Below, piece after piece: positions 48,460 through 56,804 of a DNA stretch of 64,000 nucleotides. Under the pieces are notes generated by a model, which was given only the letters and a program-made list of their open reading frames with translations, made no database searches and was not told the DNA's origin. Position numbers and translations under genes: made by a program. This DNA is from a virus, in the IMG/VR virus record IMGVR_UViG_3300045988_161114, positions 64,001 through 128,000 of that record; one strand, written 5' to 3'. Each line of letters opens with the position of its first letter. The first letter of the stretch is position 1.

Positions 48460-50354
48460 TAAATATCTCCGCCAAGGTTGTTTAATATATTGCTTAACTC
48501 TTCATCACTAGCACAATCTAACATATTGATGCCGAGGTTTTTACCTGGGGACAATGTTGCAACGATATTACGAACAGATTCACTTTCTTGTCTAGGAGTT
48601 ATATCTTCTGTGCCGTTTGTAGTTATAGCAGTTGTTGTACCATCAGGATTTGTAACGGTATTTGAAGTAGGAAGACTTGGAGTCTTCTTATTTATAAGCT
48701 TGTTAATATAGTCATCATTTACAAAGATTATATCAGCTTCTGTTTTAGGATTTTTAACTGTGCCGTCATATTTGTTTATTAATGATATGATGTTTTTGAT
48801 ATGATCTGGCAAATCCCATCCATCATCATCACGTATAGGCACTATCATTTTGTCATCTGGCGGCGTAGTGAACTTATCTTCAGGAGTTATTGTTATTGTC
48901 CATCCGCCATTATCTAACCCAGGTATATTGTCAGTAGGTATGCCGTGGTCAACTATCTCTTTTATTATATTAGGGATTTTTACAGAATTTGTAAAGTCCT
49001 CAAGATTACATGAGTAAAATGATAAGTTGTTCGGATTAGAATCTTTATTCTTATTGTCTTTGTCAACTATAAATGCAGTAGGGTTACCTTTGTCATCTGT
49101 CAGGATTTCAACATCACTTTCTATTGTTTCTGCAATTATAGATCCTATGTTCTCAACAGAAAGATTTCCGGCTATATCGCTTACGTCATTGTCGTTTAAA
49201 GCATTGCTTCCATCTACAGGAGTGTTACATAGTTTTTCATATGCACTCTTACCAGCCTTAAATCTTATTATATATCTTAGCAGATTAGCTAATGCCATCA
49301 ATTCTGATATATTGGACAAATAATTAGATATTGATATACCAGACCTAGATGGTTCACATGAATAATGATTTAGCAATGCTGCCAATTCAGCTATGCTGTT
49401 ATTCAATGACTCAACACTCTTATTAATTGTATTCTTGAGTGGAGCAAATGTTTCTTCTGCATACGATTGAATAGAGGATGTAGCAGTATTAGAAAGATTA
49501 TTCACCCTTGAAGAATAAGCGTCTCTAATTGTAGCAGTTTGTTTCTTAAGATTCGTATCATATGCGCCATTAAGAAACTCTTCACTTACACCAAGTTTTT
49601 TAAGATCTTCAGATGAAGACTGTCTTATATTTTCTGGTGTTGGCAACTGATTTATTATGGAATCTATTGCATCCAGTATGCACAATACAGGAGTTAGCGC
49701 GAATCTTGCTAGTATAGCTATATTTTTTACTAAAGCCTCTATTATAGCAGACAATATACCATTTATGAAAGCTGCTATAGTTATTCTTGGTAGATTAATG
49801 TTAGACATTAATTTAACTATTGCCGCTAGTATTAAAGATAAAAGCTTTAAAAGATCAGGTATGCATAGGTATGAAAAGAAATATGAGTATTGGCATATGT
49901 TAGATTTTTTATATTTAAACATATGTTCAAATTGACTAAGTGCTGACTGTATATCAGCTATAAGTCTGTCAAATATACCAGAAAAGTCAAACTTAGGTTT
50001 AGGAATAGAACAGTTAAAACAATCGTTACTAACTTTTCTTATAGCAGATGCAACTGCAGCATTTGTTATGCCATTTTCAGTTGTGTTACCACTGTCATTT
50101 TGATCATTTTGGTTTTCATCTTGTCTACTATTTTTGGAATCATCATCTATTAAAGATGCTGAATTCACTGCACTATCTATATAATCTGTTATCTGATTAT
50201 GTAAATTGTCTAACTCTATATATAAAGATGCTGGAACCTGAATTAAGCATCCATTTTCTTGCAAAGCTTTTGCAAAGTGGTCAACAATTTGTTGTGCATA
50301 TGCAGTAGCGTATGCTGTGTTGTCCGTAGAGGACACTTTTCTTTCTAATTCCAT
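48459..50354 (-). CDS. hypothetical head-module protein with a central hydrophobic region (631 aa)
   Basis: ATG start. Contains a hydrophobic helix cluster (LLKLLSLILAAIVKLM...ITIAAFINGILSAIIEALV). No motif recognised. Confidence 0.55.
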   Translation of the reverse strand: MELERKVSSTDNTAYATAYAQQIVDHFAKALQENGCLIQVPASLYIELDNLHNQITDYIDSAVNSASLIDDDSKNSRQDENQNDQNDSGNTTENGITNAAVASAIRKVSNDCFNCSIPKPKFDFSGIFDRLIADIQSALSQFEHMFKYKKSNICQYSYFFSYLCIPDLLKLLSLILAAIVKLMSNINLPRITIAAFINGILSAIIEALVKNIAILARFALTPVLCILDAIDSIINQLPTPENIRQSSSEDLKKLGVSEEFLNGAYDTNLKKQTATIRDAYSSRVNNLSNTATSSIQSYAEETFAPLKNTINKSVESLNNSIAELAALLNHYSCEPSRSGISISNYLSNISELMALANLLRYIIRFKAGKSAYEKLCNTPVDGSNALNDNDVSDIAGNLSVENIGSIIAETIESDVEILTDDKGNPTAFIVDKDNKNKDSNPNNLSFYSCNLEDFTNSVKIPNIIKEIVDHGIPTDNIPGLDNGGWTITITPEDKFTTPPDDKMIVPIRDDDGWDLPDHIKNIISLINKYDGTVKNPKTEADIIFVNDDYINKLINKKTPSLPTSNTVTNPDGTTTAITTNGTEDITPRQESESVRNIVATLSPGKNLGINMLDCASDEELSNILNNLGGDI

Positions 50355-50362
50355 AAAATTCC

Positions 50363-50944
50363 TTATACTACATTAGGTGTTAGGTATGGCGGTATTGTAG
50401 GTGTTGCCGCCTGAGGATTAATTATAGATCTTCTTGCTCTTGGCGTAGCATCACCTATAGTTCCTGATCCTACAACTATTGTATTAACTAAATTCGTTGT
50501 TGCTCCAGATGTATTTGAGTATTGATTTGGAATTGTCCCAGTTTGCCAATTAACACCAGATGGTTCTTCTGGAACTTGAGTCTGAAGCATATCATTTGGC
50601 ATAGTAGACCGTTGTGCTTCCACTAGGGTAGTTAGAGGAACAGGCCCGGTTGGTCCATATGCATGAGGATGAAAGTGTGGAGGAATAGTATGCACATGCT
50701 GTGGTATTGTATGTGTATGAGGTGTAATACCATGAGTATGTTTGGCTAATGCTGCGCCCTGCTTAGTAAGCTTTTCCTCTATTGATGACATCCATTTTGT
50801 CAGGTTTTCCATGAAAGTTGTAAAGTCTTGATGATTTACAAAATCTTCTGCCATAAATGGATATATTCTCATATACAACTCTGCTCTATGTTGAGCAGTT
50901 ATACTGTTCTGAGTTAAATCTGTAAATAATGTAGCATCTGTCAT
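50363..50944 (-). CDS. histidine-repeat (HxH) protein (193 aa)
   Basis: ATG start. KHTHGITPHTHTIPQHVHTIPPHFHPH gives four or five HxH units within 27 residues. Confidence 0.6.
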   Translation of the reverse strand: MTDATLFTDLTQNSITAQHRAELYMRIYPFMAEDFVNHQDFTTFMENLTKWMSSIEEKLTKQGAALAKHTHGITPHTHTIPQHVHTIPPHFHPHAYGPTGPVPLTTLVEAQRSTMPNDMLQTQVPEEPSGVNWQTGTIPNQYSNTSGATTNLVNTIVVGSGTIGDATPRARRSIINPQAATPTIPPYLTPNVV

Positions 50945-51210
50945 TTTATTAGTTCAGAGGCTTTAGCTGCCCCAGCCTTATAAACAACCCTCATGCATTG
51001 TGTTACCATTTCGAAGGTTATATATGCCTTACCATCTACTACCTTATCACTACCGAATAATGACACTATTGCTGTTATTATTTCAGGATTCTTTTCTTGT
51101 GATACAGCAACTCTTAAATCTTTTAATTTCTCGAATAACGAGGACTTAGCGTTAACTAAGTCCTCTATTATTTTCATTACATCTGATAGTTCTACTTGAT
51201 TAGAGCTCAT
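50941..51210 (-). CDS. hypothetical small protein (89 aa)
   Basis: The ORF-track start at 51222 is TTG. The ATG at 51210 has a GAGG Shine-Dalgarno 7 nt upstream and is preferred. Confidence 0.55.
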   Translation of the reverse strand: MSSNQVELSDVMKIIEDLVNAKSSLFEKLKDLRVAVSQEKNPEIITAIVSLFGSDKVVDGKAYITFEMVTQCMRVVYKAGAAKASELIK

Positions 51211-51619
51211 ATGAAACCTCAAGAGGAAGGTTGTTTATAGAACCTATATCTGATTTTGCTTTTACATGTACAAAGAACGGTATTAATGAGTATGGTTGTA
51301 ATGGTCCATTTATATTTATACTATTATAATTCGGAACATCATCAAACTCATAGTGCGATGGTGTTACTGCACCAGGAAGCAATTTGATATCAAATCTACT
51401 ACTTAAAGTTTCAGATTCTATAGGCTTAATGCTAACTTTTGATAGCGATTTAGATGAAACTGCAATCATCAGTTTGTGTACTATTGGGCCATATGAATTG
51501 CTACTTAGAATATAGCTAGAACCAATCTCTTTTATAGTCTCATCAATTGGATCAAAATAGCATATGCCAACATCCGATTGTACTGTCTCGCTTGTAACTG
51601 TTATATTGTTAGCATCCAT
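51200..51619 (-). CDS. hypothetical protein (139 aa)
   Basis: ATG start, first gene downstream of TerL. No motif recognised. Confidence 0.55.
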   Translation of the reverse strand: MDANNITVTSETVQSDVGICYFDPIDETIKEIGSSYILSSNSYGPIVHKLMIAVSSKSLSKVSIKPIESETLSSRFDIKLLPGAVTPSHYEFDDVPNYNSININGPLQPYSLIPFFVHVKAKSDIGSINNLPLEVSYEL

Positions 51620-51633
51620 ACTTAATTTTATTC

Positions 51634-53583
51634 CTATCTATATGTTTTACTCATATTCGATCTATAATCCTTGAATTTACCATATGCACTACTTCTTGTA
51701 ATAAGTTTTCCAGCTCTACCAGAGCTTGGTTTAACTAATCCAGACCTTCCATAAAGTCTTTTAGCATCTCTGGATAATTCATCAGTTGTTTTTCTTTTCT
51801 CTATAGTAGTTTGACTATTATAACCCTTATACGTTTGTTTTTCAAAAGGCAAAATTGTGTACTCTGAATATCGTCTAGTGTCAAGGATTGACTCGTATTT
51901 CATGTGCAGTCCACATACAGCTATCATAAATGCGTCTAGGTCATGATCGCCAACCTCAGGATTTTTGGCTTCATATATCTCTCTGCCAGAAGCGTTTCTT
52001 GTTTTTACAACATAACCCTTCATTTGCTCAACAATAGGCTCAGCTAGTTTATTGTTTAGTGAGATGAGACCTTTTTCAAGCATCCTTTTTACTGTTTCTA
52101 CCATAAAGTTTTTATAGTATTTTTTACGTATTTCTCCTGTAACTACGTCTACAAGATCCAATGTAGAAGAGAAGTTTACTGGCTGTACATTTGCCAATCT
52201 TAGGTCTGGATGATCTTTTGGCAATTTACCATATGCATCTAATGCAACCAGTTTAAGTTGTTGTACGTTTGCCTCACCAAATCCTTCATCTACGAATATG
52301 AAGTCTGGGATGTATTGCCTATTTAACTCTTTTATTTTTTCTACTGCTGCTACCTGAGTCCATCCCTCTTTCCTAACATTGTCCATTGAGCATACAAAAA
52401 CCTTATCTTCCTTTTTAGAGTATGCAACTATACATATGCGCGTACCAACTTTATCGGCGTTCCAGTCACATCCAAGTATAAGGATATAGTCTTGCCTATT
52501 CATAAGTACATCTGCTATAGGTGCATCAAGTTTTATTTCTTCCGCCCTTGTTATGAATTCAGTTTGGAATACTGCATTGTCAGCAACACCATACTCCGCC
52601 TGAATCTCTTGGATGTAACCCATTACAGAGGTTGAAGACCTTAGGTCTTTATCCATTTCATCGCTGTAGTGAGGAATAACGAATGATGGGAAATGGAACT
52701 CTTTGTACTCTTTAGAATTTGATAACTTAAATAGAATGTTCTCACCCATTGGTGTAGATGTACATGTAAACTCTGTATCCTTTTTATCCATAAGAATTGC
52801 GATTACAGAGTCGAATGCAGCCTTAGTTAAGAAGTCTGCTTCGTCTATTATTAGCCAGTTAGCACCTTGACCACGAATTGAGCCACCATCATTACCAGCA
52901 GTAAATGCTTTTAGTGTAGAACCGTTTTTTAACGTTATCTTTTGATATGGTGATGCAACAGATTGAGATACTAAAGAACTCCATGATCCAATTTCTGGAT
53001 TTATTTTTCTTAATAGTTTTCTAACTGTGTCTGTTATCTCTTTTGCTTGTGATTCAAATGGGGTCACTACAAGGATTTGGTAGTTTTCATTCTTAACTAA
53101 TCTATCAACAATATCTATTGCTAGTCCAAATGTTTTACCGGCGCGTCGTCCGCATCGAATAGTTTTCTTCTTAGCGGAACATACAACCATCATTTCCTGA
53201 TGCCATCTTCTTGCAAACAGTCTTTTATCTGGGTCTTCCTGATCTATATCTATATTGGCGTCTGCCCAAGCATACGGATTCTTTGTTTGCTCTATTTTAC
53301 CAAGCTCTTCGTCTGAGAAGTTAGCTTTTAATTCATCAGGCATTTTACCTATTATAGTTTTAGGACCGCTACATTCTATTGTTATAGCCCCATACTTTTT
53401 GATTTGGTTCATCTGACAGATTCTACACATCTCTTTTGGATCAGTATTATAATTCTTTTTCTTCAGATAATCTTTCCAGTATGTTTCGTAAAGACCTAAT
53501 ATACTGCTAGCAACCTTATCGTCTGGAACATCTATTTCAGGACTATTAATTTTACTTTCATCAACTATTGGTATTACACCCAT
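51634..53583 (-). CDS. terL: terminase large subunit (649 aa)
   Basis: Has Walker A (CGRRAGKTF) and Walker B (WLIIDEADF). C-terminal RNase-H-like nuclease acidic motifs are present (LGCDWNADK, FVDEGFG, GDHDLDAF). The ATG overlaps the upstream stop (TAATG). Confidence 0.9.
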   Translation of the reverse strand: MGVIPIVDESKINSPEIDVPDDKVASSILGLYETYWKDYLKKKNYNTDPKEMCRICQMNQIKKYGAITIECSGPKTIIGKMPDELKANFSDEELGKIEQTKNPYAWADANIDIDQEDPDKRLFARRWHQEMMVVCSAKKKTIRCGRRAGKTFGLAIDIVDRLVKNENYQILVVTPFESQAKEITDTVRKLLRKINPEIGSWSSLVSQSVASPYQKITLKNGSTLKAFTAGNDGGSIRGQGANWLIIDEADFLTKAAFDSVIAILMDKKDTEFTCTSTPMGENILFKLSNSKEYKEFHFPSFVIPHYSDEMDKDLRSSTSVMGYIQEIQAEYGVADNAVFQTEFITRAEEIKLDAPIADVLMNRQDYILILGCDWNADKVGTRICIVAYSKKEDKVFVCSMDNVRKEGWTQVAAVEKIKELNRQYIPDFIFVDEGFGEANVQQLKLVALDAYGKLPKDHPDLRLANVQPVNFSSTLDLVDVVTGEIRKKYYKNFMVETVKRMLEKGLISLNNKLAEPIVEQMKGYVVKTRNASGREIYEAKNPEVGDHDLDAFMIAVCGLHMKYESILDTRRYSEYTILPFEKQTYKGYNSQTTIEKRKTTDELSRDAKRLYGRSGLVKPSSGRAGKLITRSSAYGKFKDYRSNMSKTYR

Positions 53584-54698
53584 TAGTATATTCCTTTTAA
53601 TATAGAAGCCTCATTACCCATTATATATGCTTTGTCATTTAGGGAGGATTTACTTAATGCGGCCATAGCTTTTTGTCTGCTTGTTAGAAGATGATTTGTA
53701 TTTACGGATATATCGCCAGTCATATCATTTCTATACAAAGCATTCTTTACTCTATTGATTGAGTTATTCTGGTCTGCAGCCGTTTTAAACAGGTCTACAG
53801 CGGCGTCTACAGCCATTGTAGCTCCTAACCCTGCTGCTAGTCCGCCAACAGTTCCTACGGCCATCTTGAGGCCTCCACGGGCCTTGCTGAGCATTCCTAA
53901 TGTCTGACCCTGTTTTGAGAACTTAGGAACTAATGATGTTGCAGCATGTGTTAGCTCTTTACCAACCCTAAATCCATAAGTGCCGGCTGCTAATGATAGT
54001 GCCATTCCAGCAACACTAGTAACAGCATTATCTGTAAGTGTTGATTCTTTATCCCCAGTTAAATATGGTAATGCCTCTGAACCAGCAAATACTGCTCCAA
54101 CAAGAGGTGCAAATCCTGCAAATGCTTTATCCAGAACTCTCACACTTTTTGATGCCATAATTTTCTTTTGGTGTGCGGTTGCTAAACCTATTGAGTTCAT
54201 CAGGTCATCTTTTAGTCCTGCACCAGATGCAAATGCTGCTGCTCTATTAAGGTGTGTTCCCACACCTGAAGTTGCAAATGCTTCGTAAGATGGCATCATA
54301 TACATGTTAGCTATACCACCCCCAGACTTAGGAGATGTAAGTATATCAAAGTCTTTATTCCCATGACCTAGCCATCTTTGAGTAAACGTTTGTTCCCTGG
54401 CGGCAGATCTAGACCTTATTTTCATCACATCTTCTATATTAGATATGCCTGACTTTTTGATTTTGTCATATTCTGACCTCAAGTCATCGAATCCGCCTGT
54501 TATCTTTCTTGCATCAAATCTAAGTCCAGTATTTAATGAGCCGTTATTGTCAACTTTAAATATAGTCTTGGCGTAATCAAGATTCTTTTTATATGATGCG
54601 CCTCTACCAGTTTGATCCCATTGCAGATCTATTTGTTCGGCTTTCGTCTGGAAGGATTTAGATTTTCTCTGTTTCAGTGTTTCATTATTAGTATTCAT
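53583..54698 (-). CDS. hypothetical glycine-zipper / hydrophobic protein (371 aa)
   Basis: ATG start. The C-terminal half is rich in small-residue hydrophobic segments (FAGFAPLVGAVFAG, VAGMALSLAAGTYG, VGTVGGLAAGLGATMAV). Confidence 0.55.
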   Translation of the reverse strand: MNTNNETLKQRKSKSFQTKAEQIDLQWDQTGRGASYKKNLDYAKTIFKVDNNGSLNTGLRFDARKITGGFDDLRSEYDKIKKSGISNIEDVMKIRSRSAAREQTFTQRWLGHGNKDFDILTSPKSGGGIANMYMMPSYEAFATSGVGTHLNRAAAFASGAGLKDDLMNSIGLATAHQKKIMASKSVRVLDKAFAGFAPLVGAVFAGSEALPYLTGDKESTLTDNAVTSVAGMALSLAAGTYGFRVGKELTHAATSLVPKFSKQGQTLGMLSKARGGLKMAVGTVGGLAAGLGATMAVDAAVDLFKTAADQNNSINRVKNALYRNDMTGDISVNTNHLLTSRQKAMAALSKSSLNDKAYIMGNEASILKGIY

Positions 54699-56361
54699 AG
54701 TGCTTATTACGTTCCTCCCAGTTTGCTTTGCCTACGCCAGCAGGCATAGATGCATAATCCAATGAATGGAATTGTCTTATTGTTGGGTCTGCATACTGTC
54801 TCTGTCTCAATCTTTGCTGATCTTCTCTTATTGCCTTAACCTTTAGGTCGTCATCATATGAATCCATAGATGCATACAGTCCTAGTGCAGCAACACCTAG
54901 TCCTAATACTCCATAACCCTTTTTAAAGTTGTCTGGAAGAAGTTCTCCTAAAACTGGGACATTTTTTATCTTAGTGTCGTATACCTTTTCTGCACCTTTT
55001 ATAAATTCTTTTTTAGGATCTTTCTTATTGGATTCTTCTATAAAAGCTCTTATATCAGATATGATAGTTTTACCAAGCAGGATAGATTCAACTGCGTCAT
55101 CGGCAATATTGGATATATTATCTATTGATGCCATGTCTGCATTTTTGATTATATCTATAAAATCATCTATATTGCCGTTTGACCTTTTCCATGCATCATC
55201 AAGATGTCTCTTTGCTGTAGTGTTGCCATACTTGTCAACCTCCTCCATAACTCGTTTTATGGACTCCTCTTTTGAGTCAGCATGTATATATTTGGGTACG
55301 GATATATTAGATTCTTCATTTGTTATATTATCGACTATGGTTATAACTGTATCACCAGCTCTACGTCTTGCATCAAATCTACCTGTCTCTTTATACTTCT
55401 GAATGTTTGATTTTAGGACTTTCATCCCCATAACTTCTCTAAGGTATGGCTCAGCTTCTCTCATTCTTGTAAATATATCTTTTGTTTCACTAGAGATATT
55501 CCCAGAAATAAGTTCTTCTCTTATAACATTCATGCGCTTAAAGATGGCATACTGCTGTCTTGCATCAGACATTGCTCCGTGTACCTCTTCCTCACCAAGC
55601 ATTAATTTTGAAAGGAAGTCTACATTATGACCAATTTTTGCATAAGACGTCGGAACTTTACCCTGTGCAGCAGCTTTTGTCAAAGTAGCTGCTGTAAAGT
55701 CCATAAGGTCTGCGACATAGAATCTGTTTTGTCCGGCAGGCATAGAAGATATCCTTCTATCTATCTTCTTATATGCTTCAATAACCCTATCGTAAGCCTT
55801 ATCACTAGCCCCTAGTGTCGTAGCATTTTTGGCTTCTTGTAAATGTCTACTTACCTCGGCAGGCCTGTATAATTGGTTAACTCTTTCACCGTTATACATT
55901 TGTGATTCTATCATATTAGCATGTATTGATAACTTATCAGATTCTGGTATTGATGATAGCCATCTTCTTTCGAATTGAGAGTTCTGAATAAGTATCATAC
56001 CTCTCTTGTTGCCGCCATTGCCAAATATATCCTCGTTGATATGTTTATGTATGTCAAATTGTCTGGAATGTCTATTATCAGATTCAAAGTATTTTCTTAC
56101 TGTTTCATTTGTATTGTAGAAATCTTTATCTTTTAAAGCATTCCATTCAGCTTTTTTATCTATTGAATTGTCAGGATCATAAAAGAATTCTTTGGCGATG
56201 CTATTGCCATTATTAGTGCCGTATGCACCAATGGACCAGACTCTTCCTTTACCAACAGTTCTTGTTACGCCATTATATTCTGACGTGATACTTCCGTTTG
56301 GGGTAAGAGATGTAGTCTCTATATCGAAAGATGTTATATATCGCCATAGATCATTGTTCAT
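54688..56361 (-). CDS. DEDDh (DnaQ-like) 3'-5' exonuclease domain protein with a C-terminal hydrophobic anchor (557 aa)
   Basis: Exo I is SFDIETTSL, Exo II is LIQNSQFERRWL and Exo III is VHGAMSDARQQ. A hydrophobic segment GYGVLGLGVAALGLYASM lies near the C-terminus. Confidence 0.7.
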   Translation of the reverse strand: MNNDLWRYITSFDIETTSLTPNGSITSEYNGVTRTVGKGRVWSIGAYGTNNGNSIAKEFFYDPDNSIDKKAEWNALKDKDFYNTNETVRKYFESDNRHSRQFDIHKHINEDIFGNGGNKRGMILIQNSQFERRWLSSIPESDKLSIHANMIESQMYNGERVNQLYRPAEVSRHLQEAKNATTLGASDKAYDRVIEAYKKIDRRISSMPAGQNRFYVADLMDFTAATLTKAAAQGKVPTSYAKIGHNVDFLSKLMLGEEEVHGAMSDARQQYAIFKRMNVIREELISGNISSETKDIFTRMREAEPYLREVMGMKVLKSNIQKYKETGRFDARRRAGDTVITIVDNITNEESNISVPKYIHADSKEESIKRVMEEVDKYGNTTAKRHLDDAWKRSNGNIDDFIDIIKNADMASIDNISNIADDAVESILLGKTIISDIRAFIEESNKKDPKKEFIKGAEKVYDTKIKNVPVLGELLPDNFKKGYGVLGLGVAALGLYASMDSYDDDLKVKAIREDQQRLRQRQYADPTIRQFHSLDYASMPAGVGKANWEERNKHYEY

Positions 56362-56804
56362 TTTATTTTATCCAGTATAGCTAAATATTCTTTATTATTT
56401 TTGAATAAATCATTTTCTGTTACGAATCTGAAGGACATATTTTTGCCTGTAGATTTTATTTTTCTTACCGCGGCCCTTGCTTTTAATTGCACATTTGGAT
56501 CCTTGAGCATTATAGTTGGTTTAACCTCACAAAGTTCCATTCTTCCGTCTTTGTACAATACAAGTACATCTGGAATGTATGTACGCTTCTTTAGGTCTAC
56601 ATCTACATATCGTATCTCTATTGGTTCTGAGAGATATTTAATTACATTAGGATCGGATTCTAGCTGTTCAAAGAAGGCATATTCATATGCTGAGCGGTAT
56701 TTCATATAAGATCTGTTCTTTACAGATTTATACATACCGCTTTTGTACATATCATTTTTATTGAAATATATTCCGTTATTTTTCTTGCTCTTTTTTCTTG
56801 GCAT
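56358..56804 (-). CDS. PD-(D/E)xK nuclease, TnsA N-terminal-domain-like (148 aa)
   Basis: SAYEYAFFEQLESDPNV...RTYIPDVLVLYKDGRMELCEVKP shows E...PD...E-V-K spacing as in TnsA-type endonucleases. ATG start with a 29-nt overlap on the upstream gene. Confidence 0.6.
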   Translation of the reverse strand: MPRKKSKKNNGIYFNKNDMYKSGMYKSVKNRSYMKYRSAYEYAFFEQLESDPNVIKYLSEPIEIRYVDVDLKKRTYIPDVLVLYKDGRMELCEVKPTIMLKDPNVQLKARAAVRKIKSTGKNMSFRFVTENDLFKNNKEYLAILDKIK

